Origin: an uncultured archaeon
GTDB taxonomy: Archaea; Thermoproteota; Nitrososphaeria; Nitrososphaerales; Gagatemarchaeaceae
Direction of reading: 5' to 3'
DNA: 64,000 bases
NCBI GenBank assembly: GCA_963799775.1
Contig: CAWCYD010000003.1
Coordinates: forward strand, 1,344,001-1,408,000
Positions 9,170 through 20,737 of this stretch are shown piece by piece. Numbering within the stretch: the stretch's first letter is position 1; the number at the start of each line of letters is the position of its first letter. The notes below the pieces were generated by a model, which searched no databases, was not told where the DNA came from, and was given only the letters and a program-made list of their open reading frames with translations. The position numbers and the translations under genes were made by a program.

Positions 9170-10078
9170 ATGGGACTATACACGAGGATGGCGGCCCTGT
9201 TCTTCGTACTCACGGGACTGCTGATGCTGATAGGGTACTTCATCGGACTCTACTTTGGCGACCCTCTCGCCTTCATGCTGCTAGGCCTTGTCCTCGCAGG
9301 CGTCGTGAACTTCGTCTCCTACTACTTCAGCGACACCATAGTCGTGAAGATGAGTAGGGCTAGGATCATCCAGCCCAGCGACAACCCGACCCTCTACTCG
9401 ATAGTGCAGAAGGTGGCCCAAAGGGCGGGAATCCCCACCCCGAGGGTCGGGATCGTCAGCTCGCCCCAGCCCAACGCCTTTGCGACGGGGAGAGGCCCGA
9501 ACAAGGCGGTCGTGGTCGCGACCTCCAGCATTCTCCAGACTCTGACGCCCGACGAGCTGGAGGCGGTGATCGGCCACGAGATAGGCCACGTCGTCCACAG
9601 GGACGTGCTCACCTCGAGCGTCGCCGCGACCATCGCCGGCGTGATCTCGTACATCGGGAACATCGCGCTCTTTTCCATGATGTTCGGGTCGTTCGGGAGC
9701 GGGAACAACAAGCAGGGCTCGAACCCCATAGCCCTCGTTGCCGCCATAATCCTGGTGCCGTTGGGCGCGACGTTCGTCCAGCTGGGGATCTCACGGGGCC
9801 TGGAATACAACGCTGACGAGTACGGAGCCAAGCTGACCCAGAACCCAGGGGCGCTCGCCTCCGCACTTCAGAAGATTGCCGCAAAGGCCCAGACAAGGCC
9901 CATCTCCGCCGCGGGGAATCCCGGAGGTTCTCCCTCGCCCGCCACCGCCTCGCTCTGGATAGTGAACCCGTTCAGGGGGAGCACGATGCTCGAACTCTTC
10001 TCGACCCACCCCTCCATCCAGCACCGGGTCGAGAGGCTCCGACAGATGGGCCAGCAGATGGGCGTCTACGTCCAGTAG
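9170..10078 (+). CDS. htpX: Zinc metalloprotease HtpX (M48)
   Basis: PNAFATG, HEIGH, E.NAD, FSTHP; real start at ATG 9170. Confidence 0.92.
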   Translation: MGLYTRMAALFFVLTGLLMLIGYFIGLYFGDPLAFMLLGLVLAGVVNFVSYYFSDTIVVKMSRARIIQPSDNPTLYSIVQKVAQRAGIPTPRVGIVSSPQPNAFATGRGPNKAVVVATSSILQTLTPDELEAVIGHEIGHVVHRDVLTSSVAATIAGVISYIGNIALFSMMFGSFGSGNNKQGSNPIALVAAIILVPLGATFVQLGISRGLEYNADEYGAKLTQNPGALASALQKIAAKAQTRPISAAGNPGGSPSPATASLWIVNPFRGSTMLELFSTHPSIQHRVERLRQMGQQMGVYVQ

Positions 10079-10095
10079 ACGTAGCGACCGGCGCC

Positions 10096-11486
10096 CTATG
10101 TCGCTCTGAGCGCCTTTAGATGTTCCATGCTCCGGGCGATGTCCACGGCGCTCCCCACGTCGTCTCTGTGACGGAACTTCCGGCCGAGCGCGCTGACGCC
10201 GCTCAGGGAAATCTCGTGCGCTTCGCCGAGGGTCGGCGCGATCCCTGTCACGGCGACAGAACGCGACGTGCCCATCAATATCTTCCCACCCTTGCCAAGC
10301 CTGAGGTCCATGGGGAAGAGGCGGAGGTCTCCGCCGCTCTTCTTCTCGAGCGCGAGGGCACGCGTCAGACTGACCGCCTCCTGGGCAGATGGCGGCGCCC
10401 CACCCGTCCCGTAGGCCCGCGGGACCGCGCAGGTAACCACCGAGGCCATGTTGGAGAATCTTATCCCCTTGAGGTGTCCCTTCGATCATCCTGTAGCAGA
10501 CGTCGACGTAGTCGTCGAGCATGGTGGTGAGGATGCTGATCTGCTCTGTGTTCCCTCCCCTGCTGTTCCTCTCGAGTATCTTGAACCCACTGCTCGTGTG
10601 CATCAAGGCGTCGTAAAGGACGATGCCGCGGAGGCCCGGGTTCGACCCGCGCCCCTTCCACTTGTCGAAGGCCCTGCGCTCGAGCTGGACCACCTTGTCC
10701 CACTCGGATGAGGGAAGGAACGGCAACACCTCCCTGGAGTCCCTGTAGCTGCCCATTCCCCCCGTGAGCTTTCCCTTGTCCCCGTCGAGGGCGCGCTTGT
10801 AGTCCCTCGTGAGGGGGGCGGGGACGAAGTGCCGGCCGTCGCTGAAGGCGTGGAAGCTCGACTCCTCCCCTTCCACGCGCTCCTCCACGACGACCCTTCC
10901 CTTGGAGTAGACGTTGCGGAAGAACTGCAAGGCCTCTTCCTCGGTCCGAAAGTCCTTGCCCCATACACCCACCCCCGCTCCCCTCGCTGGGGCGTCTGGC
11001 TTGATCACGAAACCCCTGCGATTCTCCGATGCGAACTTCTTGAGGTCGTCCACCGCCTCCCGCTCGCTCGAGTATCTCGACGGGTCGAGTGACCCTGTAG
11101 CGCGGGTTCGCTTCGGGGCAAATCTCCTCGAACAGGAGGCGCTGGTCGGCCTTGCTCGCCTCGACCGCGAACTCCTTCGTGACGCAGAGCATCTGGATGC
11201 CGGTCTCCTTCTCGAGGACGTCCCTACCGCCTGCAGTGACAAAGTCCTCGGTGTCTGTGAGACCGAATGCGATCTTCTTCTTGTGCCGGGACGCGAACGT
11301 TACTATCTCCGCGACATTAAGGTCAGGGATCACCTTGTGGACCTTCGCCCTCTTCGAGTTCAGGGGGTTGACCTGCTTCTCAGCGACGTAGAACTCGGGC
11401 CTGTAGCTCTCGCTCCTCGCGAACGTGTCTATTATCGCGGCCGAGCTGAGACACTTCGAGACGATGAGGATGCCTACCTTGTCCAA
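10096..11486 (-). CDS. purD: Phosphoribosylamine--glycine ligase-like ATP-grasp protein (two frameshifts, ~11090 and ~10480)
   Basis: VIKPD..GAGV, VVEERVEGEESS, DYKRALDGDKGKLTGGMGS. Confidence 0.8.
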
Positions 11487-11540
11487 CGAAGTGACGGCGA
11501 GTTTCTAGGAGTTTTAAACCGTAGTCGATGAGGAAAAGAA

Positions 11541-11750
11541 TGGTGGGACGGGAGAGAATCAGCAGGTATACTTACGGTTCTCGACCCAGATGACGCGCCC
11601 TCGCCTCGTCTAGTGTTCATTGCGCCTCCGCCGGGGCATGTAGGTAAATTTGGTGGGCCGGGAGAGAATTGGCAGGTTTAGTTACGCGACTCGACCCAGC
11701 TGACGCGCCCCCTTCTCGCATAGGGTCCAATGCGCCTCGGCCGGAGCATG
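11541..11750. repeat. Two ~110-bp tandem units, each starting with the tRNA-Val 3' end (attR-like)
   Basis: TGGTGGGACGGGAGAGAAT at 11541 and TGGTGGGCCGGGAGAGAATT at 11651 match 18956-18973; rest of the units similar. Confidence 0.85.
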
Positions 11751-11793
11751 CATGCTCCGAAACCGACACTGTCCTCTCGCGGGGATGCGGGGA

Positions 11794-13019
11794 CTAGACC
11801 GGCAAGCATGTGTCATTTGAACCAATCAATGAAGGGTTCGCATCGCCCTCGAAGTTCAGGTCGGGGAAGGCCAGGAGATGCCCCGAGGTCGCCACGTAGA
11901 ATTCGTTGGTGCTGGGGTTGTAGGCAACCAATTGTGGCGAGCTCGGGAGCGAGTACATGGTGAGCAGGGCTCCGGACGTTCCGTCGTACACCAGCAGGTA
12001 GTCGTAGTTCTGCGGGACCATGGCGACCTGGTTCGCCGAAGGAACCACGGTCATGCCGAGGAAGGGGCCGCAAGTGTCAGGGTCCACGTGGAAGATCGTG
12101 CCCCCGTTGGTTCCATTAAGGGCGACGAGCTCCCTTGCTCCAGAAGCGTAGACTATGTTCGTCGCCGGGTTGGAGGTCATGGTCGTGGAGTACGCCGAGT
12201 TCAGGTGAACGGTGGCGACCAGGCTACGGCTCGTCTCGTTGACTATCGACACGACCGCGTCGCAGTCAATGCCGATCTGGTCGCACCCGTCGGCATACAC
12301 CATGTTTGTCATGGGATTGACTGCCAGGTTAAAGGCCCTGAAACCAAGCGACACGTTTGACACCAGGGAGCCCGTCTGGACGTCGACGCCAAGGAGACTG
12401 CCATTATGGCCTGCGGGCCCGGGTTCCCCCCCGCGGAGCCGTAAAGGATGTGAGTGGATGGGTCGTAAGCGAGCGCGCCCTCGGGGGAGTCGAGCGGAAG
12501 CTCGCGCACGATTGCGTTCGTGGAGCCGTTGATCTCGGCGACCTCGCCCTTGACGGGCGCCCCGTCGTTGAAGAACTCGACCGAGACGAACACGATGCCT
12601 GTGGGGTTGTCGACGGCGATTCCTCCAGTGCCGCTCGCTGGCAGTGTGACGTTCGCGATCGCTGCTTGCGACGACGCGTCTAGGACGGTCTGAGTGAACC
12701 CGTCAACGATGTAGACTCTGCTGATGTTGGGATTGACCGCGATTGTCTCCGCGTACGGATCAGGAGATTGTCCGATAGTTATGTTCGCTGTCTCGACGCT
12801 CGCGACCGGAATGGGCTGACCGCTAGCTACGCTTACGAAGGAGGTAGAGGTGCTGGTCAGAGTGGACGTCGAAGTCGAGGTGCTGGTAGAGGTGATAGTC
12901 TGAGTGGATGTCGAGTTGAGCGTCTCGGTGCGCTGGGCTTGGATGCCGAGTTGGTAGCCAACCCCTAGACTCGCTGCGACCAAGACTATGACAACCGCTG
13001 CGACGATTGCGCTCCTCAT
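11794..13019 (-). CDS. Membrane-anchored YVTN/YncE beta-propeller protein (frameshift ~12400)
   Basis: N-terminal TM, S/T linker, AVNP.TN..Y repeats across two ORFs. Confidence 0.75.
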
Positions 13020-13183
13020 AGCGCCTCAGGATGAAGCGTGCGCGCTCCCTATTGAACCCGATAGAACAGGTCTCCTAGCGCGCGGGCTCCGCCAAGCATG
13101 TCAAAATGAAGTACGCGGGGCTTTGCCATACACAGGGTTCATTGCGCCTCCGCCAGTGGATTTTAGCAGCAGAGTGGCCCAAC

Positions 13184-14929
13184 TCATCCGCAATCGTAAA
13201 GGGCTGTCAGGCCTTCATAGTCGCTGCCCGCGTACACCGTCAGGGTTGCGTTCGTGCCGTAAGCAACCACCTGGCGATTTCCGTTCTCCCACGCCATGAA
13301 TGTGCAGTTCCCCTCGTTCTGCTGCACCGACACGGCGTATTCCTGCCCATAGGTCAGGTCACTAAATGTGACTGACGTGTATCCCGTTGCTACGGTCGCT
13401 CCTGAGATGCTGAGAGACACTGCATAGCCGTAGATCAAGTGGTTTGGGTCGTTATCTGCTGCGGCGATGCCGATGCCTTGCGGTAGCATCCTCACTGTCG
13501 CGACGACACTCTCTGTCGCAGACGCCACGACTGAGAGAGGCTCGTAGGGGCCGCAAGGAGAGTATACGTCCCCGTTGGCGGAGTCGAATACCGCAGGTTC
13601 GGCACTGCACGAGACGGTCACATTCGCTATGACCGCATTTGCGGTCTCAGATATCACGGAGATCGACTTGGGGAGGGCACCCAAGGGGCCTGAAAGCCCT
13701 CCTAAGGCAGAGTCAGCGATGTAGACCCTGCCATCCAGGGAATCTAACGCGGGGGTCGTAGGACCAAACCCGACAGTGATGGTAGCAACCAGTGAATTGT
13801 TCGTGGTAGATATCACGGAGACGGTACCAGGATAAAAATCAGGATTGCCGTAGTTCGGAACGTAGATGTTCCCGTTGGTCGGGTCGAGCATAGGGAAACT
13901 AGGATCGGTGCCAACCGTGACGTTGGCGATGATGGCGTTTGAGGCTCCTGAGACTACCGACTCGACGTTCTGTTTGGAGCCGGAGGTGGTCACATAGATG
14001 TTCCCGGTTGCGGAGTCGAAGAGCGGCGGGCCAATCGGAGACCCGGGCAGGGACACGCTAGCAATCACCGTATTGCTATTGCCCGAGAGTATCACGAGGC
14101 TGTCGTTGGTGAGGGGCACGTAGACGTCACCGTTTGACGGGTCAGAGACCGCTTCTCCAGGGTCGTGACCAACAGGAATCGTGGCGATAACAGAGTTCGT
14201 GGTTCCAGATATCACCGACACACTGCCGTTGTCCGCGTTGGGGACGTAGATCTCGCCGTTGTAGGAGTCGAAGGCGGGTGTCAGAGGGTTGGTTCCCACT
14301 AGCAGATTCGCCACAACGCCATTCGTTGTCCCAGACACCACTGAGACTGTGTCCCCGTCACCGTTGGGCACGTAAAGGTAACCGTCGAAGGTGTCGAGGA
14401 CAGGAGTCTGCGGCCAACTTCCGACGGTGACCGCCCCCACCAACTCGTTCTTGACGGTTGACACCACCAAGAGCGCATCTCCCCCATCTTGAGGCACGTA
14501 GAGGCACCCATTCATCGGGTCGAAGAGGGGTAGGGATAGCGAAGCAGGGATGTTTGTGTCTGTCACAACCGGCCGGGTGTTGGTGGAAGGCGAATAGGAA
14601 GTCGCGCTGACCCTGGTCTCTGTGGGGGCGCATGCATCGGCGGTCAGTTCAGTAGTCGAGACCGTTCCGTTGACGTATCCTGACGACTCGCTCGTGGTGG
14701 TCGAGGTACCCGGGATCGTCTGACTAGCGATTTGGCTGCTCGAAGTGCCGACCTGATTCGAACTCGTGCTCGAGGATGGCGGCGCCTGGCTCGATGTGCT
14801 ACCCGATGAAGTTGAGAGGCCGTTCGGTTTGGCCTGGAACTCCAGAGGCAGCGACACGAGTAGAAGGACAACTAGGAAGATGGCGGCTTGCGCAACTGCG
14901 AATGCGCCTTCTTTCCTTCTCATCACCAT
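13184..14929 (-). CDS. YVTN beta-propeller surface protein with C-terminal beta-sandwich
   Basis: Signal/TM, S/T linker, repeated FDP.NG.IYVPN..VSVISG..N.V.A.I.VG. Confidence 0.85.
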   Translation of the reverse strand: MVMRRKEGAFAVAQAAIFLVVLLLVSLPLEFQAKPNGLSTSSGSTSSQAPPSSSTSSNQVGTSSSQIASQTIPGTSTTTSESSGYVNGTVSTTELTADACAPTETRVSATSYSPSTNTRPVVTDTNIPASLSLPLFDPMNGCLYVPQDGGDALLVVSTVKNELVGAVTVGSWPQTPVLDTFDGYLYVPNGDGDTVSVVSGTTNGVVANLLVGTNPLTPAFDSYNGEIYVPNADNGSVSVISGTTNSVIATIPVGHDPGEAVSDPSNGDVYVPLTNDSLVILSGNSNTVIASVSLPGSPIGPPLFDSATGNIYVTTSGSKQNVESVVSGASNAIIANVTVGTDPSFPMLDPTNGNIYVPNYGNPDFYPGTVSVISTTNNSLVATITVGFGPTTPALDSLDGRVYIADSALGGLSGPLGALPKSISVISETANAVIANVTVSCSAEPAVFDSANGDVYSPCGPYEPLSVVASATESVVATVRMLPQGIGIAAADNDPNHLIYGYAVSLSISGATVATGYTSVTFSDLTYGQEYAVSVQQNEGNCTFMAWENGNRQVVAYGTNATLTVYAGSDYEGLTALYDCG

Positions 14930-14935
14930 CTCGAC

Positions 14936-17144
14936 CTATCCTGCGACCACGGTGGTCTTCGCGGTCGCCGTCGAGTTGTCCGCATATAGGGCCACGAAAG
15001 TGATGACGTAAGAGTCTCCCGCTATCGCCTGCGGAGACTGGAACGTGCCCTTGTACTCGTAGATCACGTCGAGCTGCCCTATCCCGTGCCCCAGGTTCCC
15101 CTCGTCCGTCCCGTTGACGAAGAGCTGCAGGCTCTTGACGGGCTGTGGCCCCTGGAAGTAGATCTCACCTGTGAGATAGGGGCTCGGATAGAGGCAGTTC
15201 GAGGGGCAGAGCGAGAAGCTTTGCAGGGTGACCTGCTCGACGTCGAAATGGACGATTGCGAAAGCGCCCCACTCGTCGCCCGCCAAGACGGTGTAGACCC
15301 CCGGCGTGAAGGGTACGAAGGCGGAGCCGTTGTAAAAACCTTTGAAAGCGTTCGTGTACGACATCGCGTCTCGTTCTCCACCGCACCCGAGGATTATGCA
15401 CCCTTCGAGGGCACTGTTTATCGCCAGGTCGCTCGAAGCCTGGAACACGTAGCCAAAGACTTCTCCAGCTTCGAGCGGGCAGGTGTGTGGCGAGGAGTAC
15501 AGGGTGAGCCAATGCGACACGTCAGAGAAGTTGTTTGCAGCGTAGTACCCTGTGGCGATCGCCCACCCCTCCGGCAAGCCCACGATTCCGCACGGACCAT
15601 CCCCGAGTGGAGTGCCGGCCGGCGAGTGGAGCGAGCGGGGCGGTCCCAGCAGGGGGAAGCTGTCGGAGGCCGTGACGTTGTTGTCCTGTGTAAGGGCGTT
15701 CTGCTCGTCGACCGTGATGGATATGGGTTGGCCGGTCTGGATGTCCGTCGAGCTGGTCGAGATGCTGAGCACCAATCCGTCGACCGACGGAGAAGAGGCA
15801 GTTCTTGCGACGGTCGGTCCGATCACGGACAAGTCACCCGTCGAACCTGAGGCCCCGTTCGCGGGCACGTAGATGTCGCCGTTCTTAGGATCGTATGCGG
15901 GAGTGAGTGGGTTGGGACCGACCTTGAGGGTCGACACAACGGGGTCAGCTATCGGCGAAATGGGGTACGCTCCAGAGACGATGTCGACTGTGTCCCCCGT
16001 CCCGCTTGGGACCACGACGTCTCCGGTCGCCGAGTCGATTGTCGGCGTCCGGGGGTCGTCTCCCACCGTGAAGTTTCGTATGAACGTGTTCGATCTATCC
16101 AACAGCATCCAGAGGCTCCCGTGGAGGGTTCCCTCTTCAATGGCGGGCACGTAGAGCTCTCCGTTCCGAGGGTCGAACGCGGGCGTCAACGGCCGGTTGT
16201 CGCCCATGCTCACCTCGGCTACGGCCTTGTTGGTCACGCTCGACAACGTTGTGATGGAGTGTCCGCTGATGTCTGGGAAGTACAGGTCCACCGCTCTCGG
16301 GGTCGAGGGCCGGCGTGCTCGGGTTGGGGACCGCGATGCTTGCCACTATGGTGTTGTTGGCGCTCGAGATCCGGTAGACAGTGGAGTTGACTTGGTCTGG
16401 GACGTAGATGTCGCCGTTGTAGGAGTCGAAGAAGGGAGACCCCGGAAGCTGCATGCTCAACGTCGCCAGGACGGCGCTCGTGGTCCCGGAGACTACCCAC
16501 AGAGTGCCCTCGGTCCCCCCGGTCATGTTGGGGGATGACAGATAGACGTCGCCGTTGGATGCGTCGAAGACCGGCGGACCAAGGAACACCTGGTGGCTGC
16601 CTGGAAAGGTCACGTTGGAGATCACCGAGTTGGTCGCCCCCGAGACGACCAGCAGCATTGCAGGCGGTCCGCCGCGGCCCAACGGCAAGGTCCCGGAATG
16701 CTGCACGGTCGCGTATATGTCGTCATTCTCGGGGTCGAATGCCAGATTCTGTTCCCCATAGCCAAGCGTCACCGTGGCTATGACCGCGTTCGATGTTCCT
16801 GAGACCACCGACAGCTGGTTTCCGAAGAGCGTGCTTGGGACGTACAGGTCTCCGTTCGCCGGGTCGAAGAGAGGCGTCCCCGGAGTGGCCGTGACAGATA
16901 GGGAAGTAAGAACTCCGTAGGTCGAGTTCTGGGTAGGAACAAAGGAGGTGTTAGTGCCTGTCGAAATCGTGCTAGTCGTCGAGGTGGTCTGCTCACAACA
17001 TTGGCTGGACGACGATTTGGTTGTTTGGACAAACAAAAGTGGAGTGATTACGAGGCTCGCCAGGATTAAGACCGCCACGATGACGAGTGCCGCGGCTACG
17101 AATCTGTAGCGCCCATGGAGATTCCGGGACGTAATCGGATCCAA
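14936..17144 (-). CDS. YVTN beta-propeller fused to a DEWG domain (frameshift ~16290)
   Basis: Propeller repeats in both ORFs, then GLVLSIS...FTPGVYTVLAGDEWGAFAIVHF. Confidence 0.75.
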
Positions 17145-17306
17145 TGTTGGCCACAGGTGAGCTGGAATTGAGATGTTTCGCGATTAATACCTTTGTCCGA
17201 ACCCGAGATTCTCGATCGCGCGCGCTGGTCCTGGCCGGATTGCGAGGCCTTAGTTTGATTGATTTCGTCCGGCAACGGGTTCGGCCCGAATCACAGCTCT
17301 TCTTGC

Positions 17307-17349
17307 CAAACGGAGCATAGTCTAGGCTATTTCTGGAGTGGGCCGGGAG
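17307..17349. repeat. 43-bp direct repeat of 18925..18967 (island left end plus tRNA-Val 3' end)
   Basis: CAAACGGAGCATAGTCTAGGCTATTTCTGGAGTGGGCCGGGAG at both positions. Confidence 0.9.
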
Positions 17350-17413
17350 GCGCACGGCGCCATGAGCGCTTGGGGCCCAAGCATTTTATTGGACCCAACC
17401 ATTTCGCCCAAAC

Positions 17414-17677
17414 ATGGAAGAAGGCCCACTTTCGAGGATACTCGCGTTTTCCCTTATAGGCGGTCTGGCCTTGTTCCTTGGGGTGTTGCTCCTCTTGTAT
17501 GGGTTTGGCGGATGTTGCGGAGGGCAGGGATTATTGACAACTAACTCTGGCCCTTGCAGTTGTGCCACCATTACGCCCTCAGGTCCGGCATTGTCCGCCC
17601 CCTTCATTCTCGCAGGGGCTGGTCTCCTCGCAGGAGCGATGTGGACAGGATTGCAGGTTCGCCGAGAAAATCAATGA
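17414..17677 (+). CDS. Small two-TM protein with Cys-rich loop
   Basis: Two hydrophobic stretches around GGCCGG..PCSC. Confidence 0.5.
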   Translation: MEEGPLSRILAFSLIGGLALFLGVLLLLYGFGGCCGGQGLLTTNSGPCSCATITPSGPALSAPFILAGAGLLAGAMWTGLQVRRENQ

Positions 17678-17942
17678 GGCGGAATCACCCTTTGATTGGA
17701 CAGAGCCCGCTTGAGAGCCCTGAGACTATTAATAATTCGAACACGAGTGGGATGGTTGCGAGTCGGGGCGGCGCCGAGCGGCAATGGCACGCTTTCTATC
17801 ATCTTCGGGAGCGACAAGCACGGTAGTTGCGAGTCAGACTGCCTAGATGGACGACTCTTTTAGCGAGGAGAAGGTCCGAGGAGAGCAAGCAAAGCAGGGC
17901 ATTCGCAATGTACAGGTTTCATTGCGCCTCCGGGGCATTTCA

Positions 17943-18810
17943 TCATGCGACTTCGAAATACAGGAACACTGCCTGACCCCACTGATCATCCAACGCGACT
18001 GTGTACACACCCGGAACGAACGCCTTCGTGAATAGATCGTCTCGCAGATTTTGGGCGCTGTTCAGCACCGAATATGACGAGCTGTTCACCAGGTCATAGG
18101 CAGCTCTTCGTCTCGATAATGGCTGTCGTGTTTACGGGACCATAAGTCGTGTCGCCGACGCCATCCGGTGCGTCTTCAGTGAGGTTTGCCTTGAAGCTGT
18201 TCGGGAGAAGGATGATGTCGTGGACCGCCCCAAACTCCATGCAGGGTCCGGCCGCGTAAAGGAACGGGTGGTCGGCGATGCTGGTTATGTTCGAGCTTGT
18301 GTAGTATCCGTTGAGCACCACGATCTCCAGCGGCGTGCTCTCGTGAGGATCGGGCATGCACTGACCCCAGAAGGCGATCGGCACGCCTTCGAATGCCCAG
18401 GTATCGTTTGAGACGGATTCGCTGTTCGGTCCGGGCGAGATGCTCGAAAGCGTGGCGTTCATCGCGAGCGTCTGGCCGACCTCCAGCCTTGTTGCGTTGA
18501 TAGAGAGCGACAGCCTGATGTCGCTCGAGTCGGTGGTAGAATTGCCGCTGATGAGGGGGATGTCTGGCAGAGTCAGCGTAGTCGAAGTCGATGAGGTTGC
18601 TGAGCTTGTGGAGGAAGAAGTTTGAGAGCTTGTTATCTGTTGGGTGGATGCCTGAGAGGAAGAAGTGGTGGAAGCGGTTTCACTCGGCTTGTTGGCGAGA
18701 GCGCCGAGCGCGTACCACGATATCGCGCCCGCGGCTAGCAGGATTGCTACGGCCATGGCAACGACTTTGGTTGTCAAGAAGAACCCGTCGAGATCGAAGG
18801 GACTGGCCAC
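17943..18810 (-). CDS. DEWG-family membrane-anchored protein (frameshift ~18100)
   Basis: LSLSINATRLEVGQ; shifted frame continues ...FVPGVYTVALDDQWGQAVFLYFEVA stop at 17943. Confidence 0.75.
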
Positions 18811-18956
18811 TATTGAACCTCATCGTTAGCAGTCTTGGTAGAGGGCAGCGAATCTGCTGCCACAGGGAACTTGGAGCGATAGCGGTTTTTGCCCCAGTCT
18901 CGCCCCAAATGGAACTCCTTTTGTCAAACGGAGCATAGTCTAGGCTATTTCTGGAG

Positions 18957-19051
18957 TGGGCCGGGAGAGAATTGAACTCTCGACCTTAGCGACGCTCTTC
19001 GCGTATCCGCCGTGTCAGAGCGGCGTCCTGACCAGACTAGACGACCGGCCC
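18957..19051 (-). tRNA. tRNA-Val(GAC) with ~20-nt non-canonical intron at about 43/44-44/45 (18987..19006)
   Basis: CCGCT-CTGACAC-GGCGG anticodon arm; removing 20 nt restores the AGGTC variable loop and a 75-nt cloverleaf. Confidence 0.88.
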
Positions 19052-19117
19052 CCAAAAGACAGCCGGCAAACTGCAGTTTTTATCCTTACTCAATCTCAGC
19101 ATTCCGTTAGCGTTGCG

Positions 19118-19644
19118 TCACCGAGCCTTCTGGTAGAATTCCAGAGAGAGCAAGGTGTCCGGCGTGACTATAGCAGGTCTTGCTGACATCATTGTCGCGA
19201 ACTCGGCGACGGAGACAAACCTACCTTCCTGGGATTCGTTGCTAAGCGTTATCGACTTGTCCGACGTGCCCTCAAATACGGTGATGTACTCCCATTCTGT
19301 TCCGCCGGGTATTTTCCATCTTGGGGTGATGAACTTCCCCAGAGGAAGAATGTCGCACTCGATACCCGGCTCTTCCCTGATCTCCCTCCTCGCCCCTACG
19401 ATGTATGATTCGCCGGCGGAGACGTGGCCTGTGCAGGAAGCCGTCCAGAATCCTGGATAGAATCGACGGTCGTTGGCGCGCTTCTGCAGGTAGATCTCTC
19501 CCTTCGAGTTTGAGACGAAGGCGACGATGGCTCTGTGGAGAAGACCCTTGTCGAGGCATTCGCGGCCTGGTCGTCTGTCCACGACGACGTCGTTCTCGTC
19601 GACAACATCGAAATACTCTTGCGTGTCCTGTTCCTTGTAATCAT
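19118..19644 (-). CDS. NUDIX protein, type-1 IPP isomerase/YfcD-like (possible N-terminal frameshift)
   Basis: [30 protein letters not shown]. Confidence 0.7.
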
Positions 19645-19762
19645 TGAGATTATAGGTCGTGCGTCTCTCGCTCAGCCTGAATTATCGTGGCAGTATCGAC
19701 GAAGAGACGTCATTTGTCCGGAAGAGCGAGCGCTTTTATCCGGTCCGCTCAACTAGTCCCTC

Positions 19763-20701
19763 GTGGCCGTAGTGCCTCTCGGTGGGACCGAGTCCATCGT
19801 CGCGGTGGACAGGAAGTCCGGTGAGATGGGGGCCGCGGTGGTCTCCCAGTCCTTCGCAGCAGGGTCGCAGACAATCTGGGCGGAGCCCAGCGTAGGGATA
19901 GTGCTCGTTCAAGGGTCCGTGGAGCCTACCTATGGGCCTCTCGGGCTCGCGCTCCTCAAAGGAGGCAAGACTCCGCAGCATGCGCTCAAGTCACTGCTGG
20001 CGACCGACCCGCGTCCGGGGGTCAGGCAGGTGATGATGATGAACTCGAGAGGAAGGGTCGCCGCCCACTCCGGCAAGGGATGCCTGCCCGAGTCTGGCTA
20101 CCAGGCAGGAAGGGGTTTCTGCGTCCAGGCCAACTTTGTCGAGGCCAAGAGGGCGTGGAGGTCGATGGCAGCGGCGTTCAGGGCGGAGAAGGGGACGCTC
20201 GCGGAGAGGCTCGTCGCCTCGCTGGAAGCAGGCGAGCGGGCCTCGAAGGGGCCCAGGAGAGGAGGTGGGGCGAGGTCGGCAGCCGTCCTGGTCGTGGCTG
20301 CGACGTCGACGAACACGCCGTGGGAGGGGAGGTACCTCGACCTCAGGGTGGAGGACAGCGACAACCCGCTGAAAGAGCTGAAGGCCGCGCTGAAGGTCAA
20401 CGAGGCCTACGAGCGCGCCTCGAACGCCGAGGAGTTTCTCGGGAGGGGCGACATCGCAAAGGCAGAGAAAGAGTTCGGGAAGGCGATCTCCCTTGCGAAC
20501 GGAAGCCCAGCTCTCAAGATGAGGTTCGCCCTAGGCATGATTCAGGCCGGCGAGGAGAAGAAGGGAGCGTCTCTGATGAAGAGCGCCTTGGGGAGGGGGC
20601 ACGACGCCAAGGCATTGATGCGCGAGATGTCCTCTCGCGGGATAATCAGGGGCGGGACCGGCAAGAAGGAAAAGGCGCGAAGCAAGACTTCTCAGACTTA
20701 A
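19763..20701 (+). CDS. DUF1028 (Ntn-hydrolase-like) protein with C-terminal TPR-like helices
   Basis: SIVAVD..GEMGAAV.S, RQV, RSAAVLV, DLRVED. Confidence 0.85.
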   Translation: MAVVPLGGTESIVAVDRKSGEMGAAVVSQSFAAGSQTIWAEPSVGIVLVQGSVEPTYGPLGLALLKGGKTPQHALKSLLATDPRPGVRQVMMMNSRGRVAAHSGKGCLPESGYQAGRGFCVQANFVEAKRAWRSMAAAFRAEKGTLAERLVASLEAGERASKGPRRGGGARSAAVLVVAATSTNTPWEGRYLDLRVEDSDNPLKELKAALKVNEAYERASNAEEFLGRGDIAKAEKEFGKAISLANGSPALKMRFALGMIQAGEEKKGASLMKSALGRGHDAKALMREMSSRGIIRGGTGKKEKARSKTSQT

Positions 20702-20737
20702 TAGCCAGTCAGAGAGGAAGAGACCCCAGAAGAAGCG

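Larger units (their letters stand above)
11541..18973. mobile_element. Integrase-less genomic island in tRNA-Val(GAC)
   Basis: tRNA 3'-end duplications at the distal end; cargo only surface proteins. Confidence 0.75.

Noticed and set aside
11541-11750. CRISPR array
   Set aside because: Only two ~110-bp units, similar throughout, no unique spacers or cas genes; explained as tRNA-end duplications
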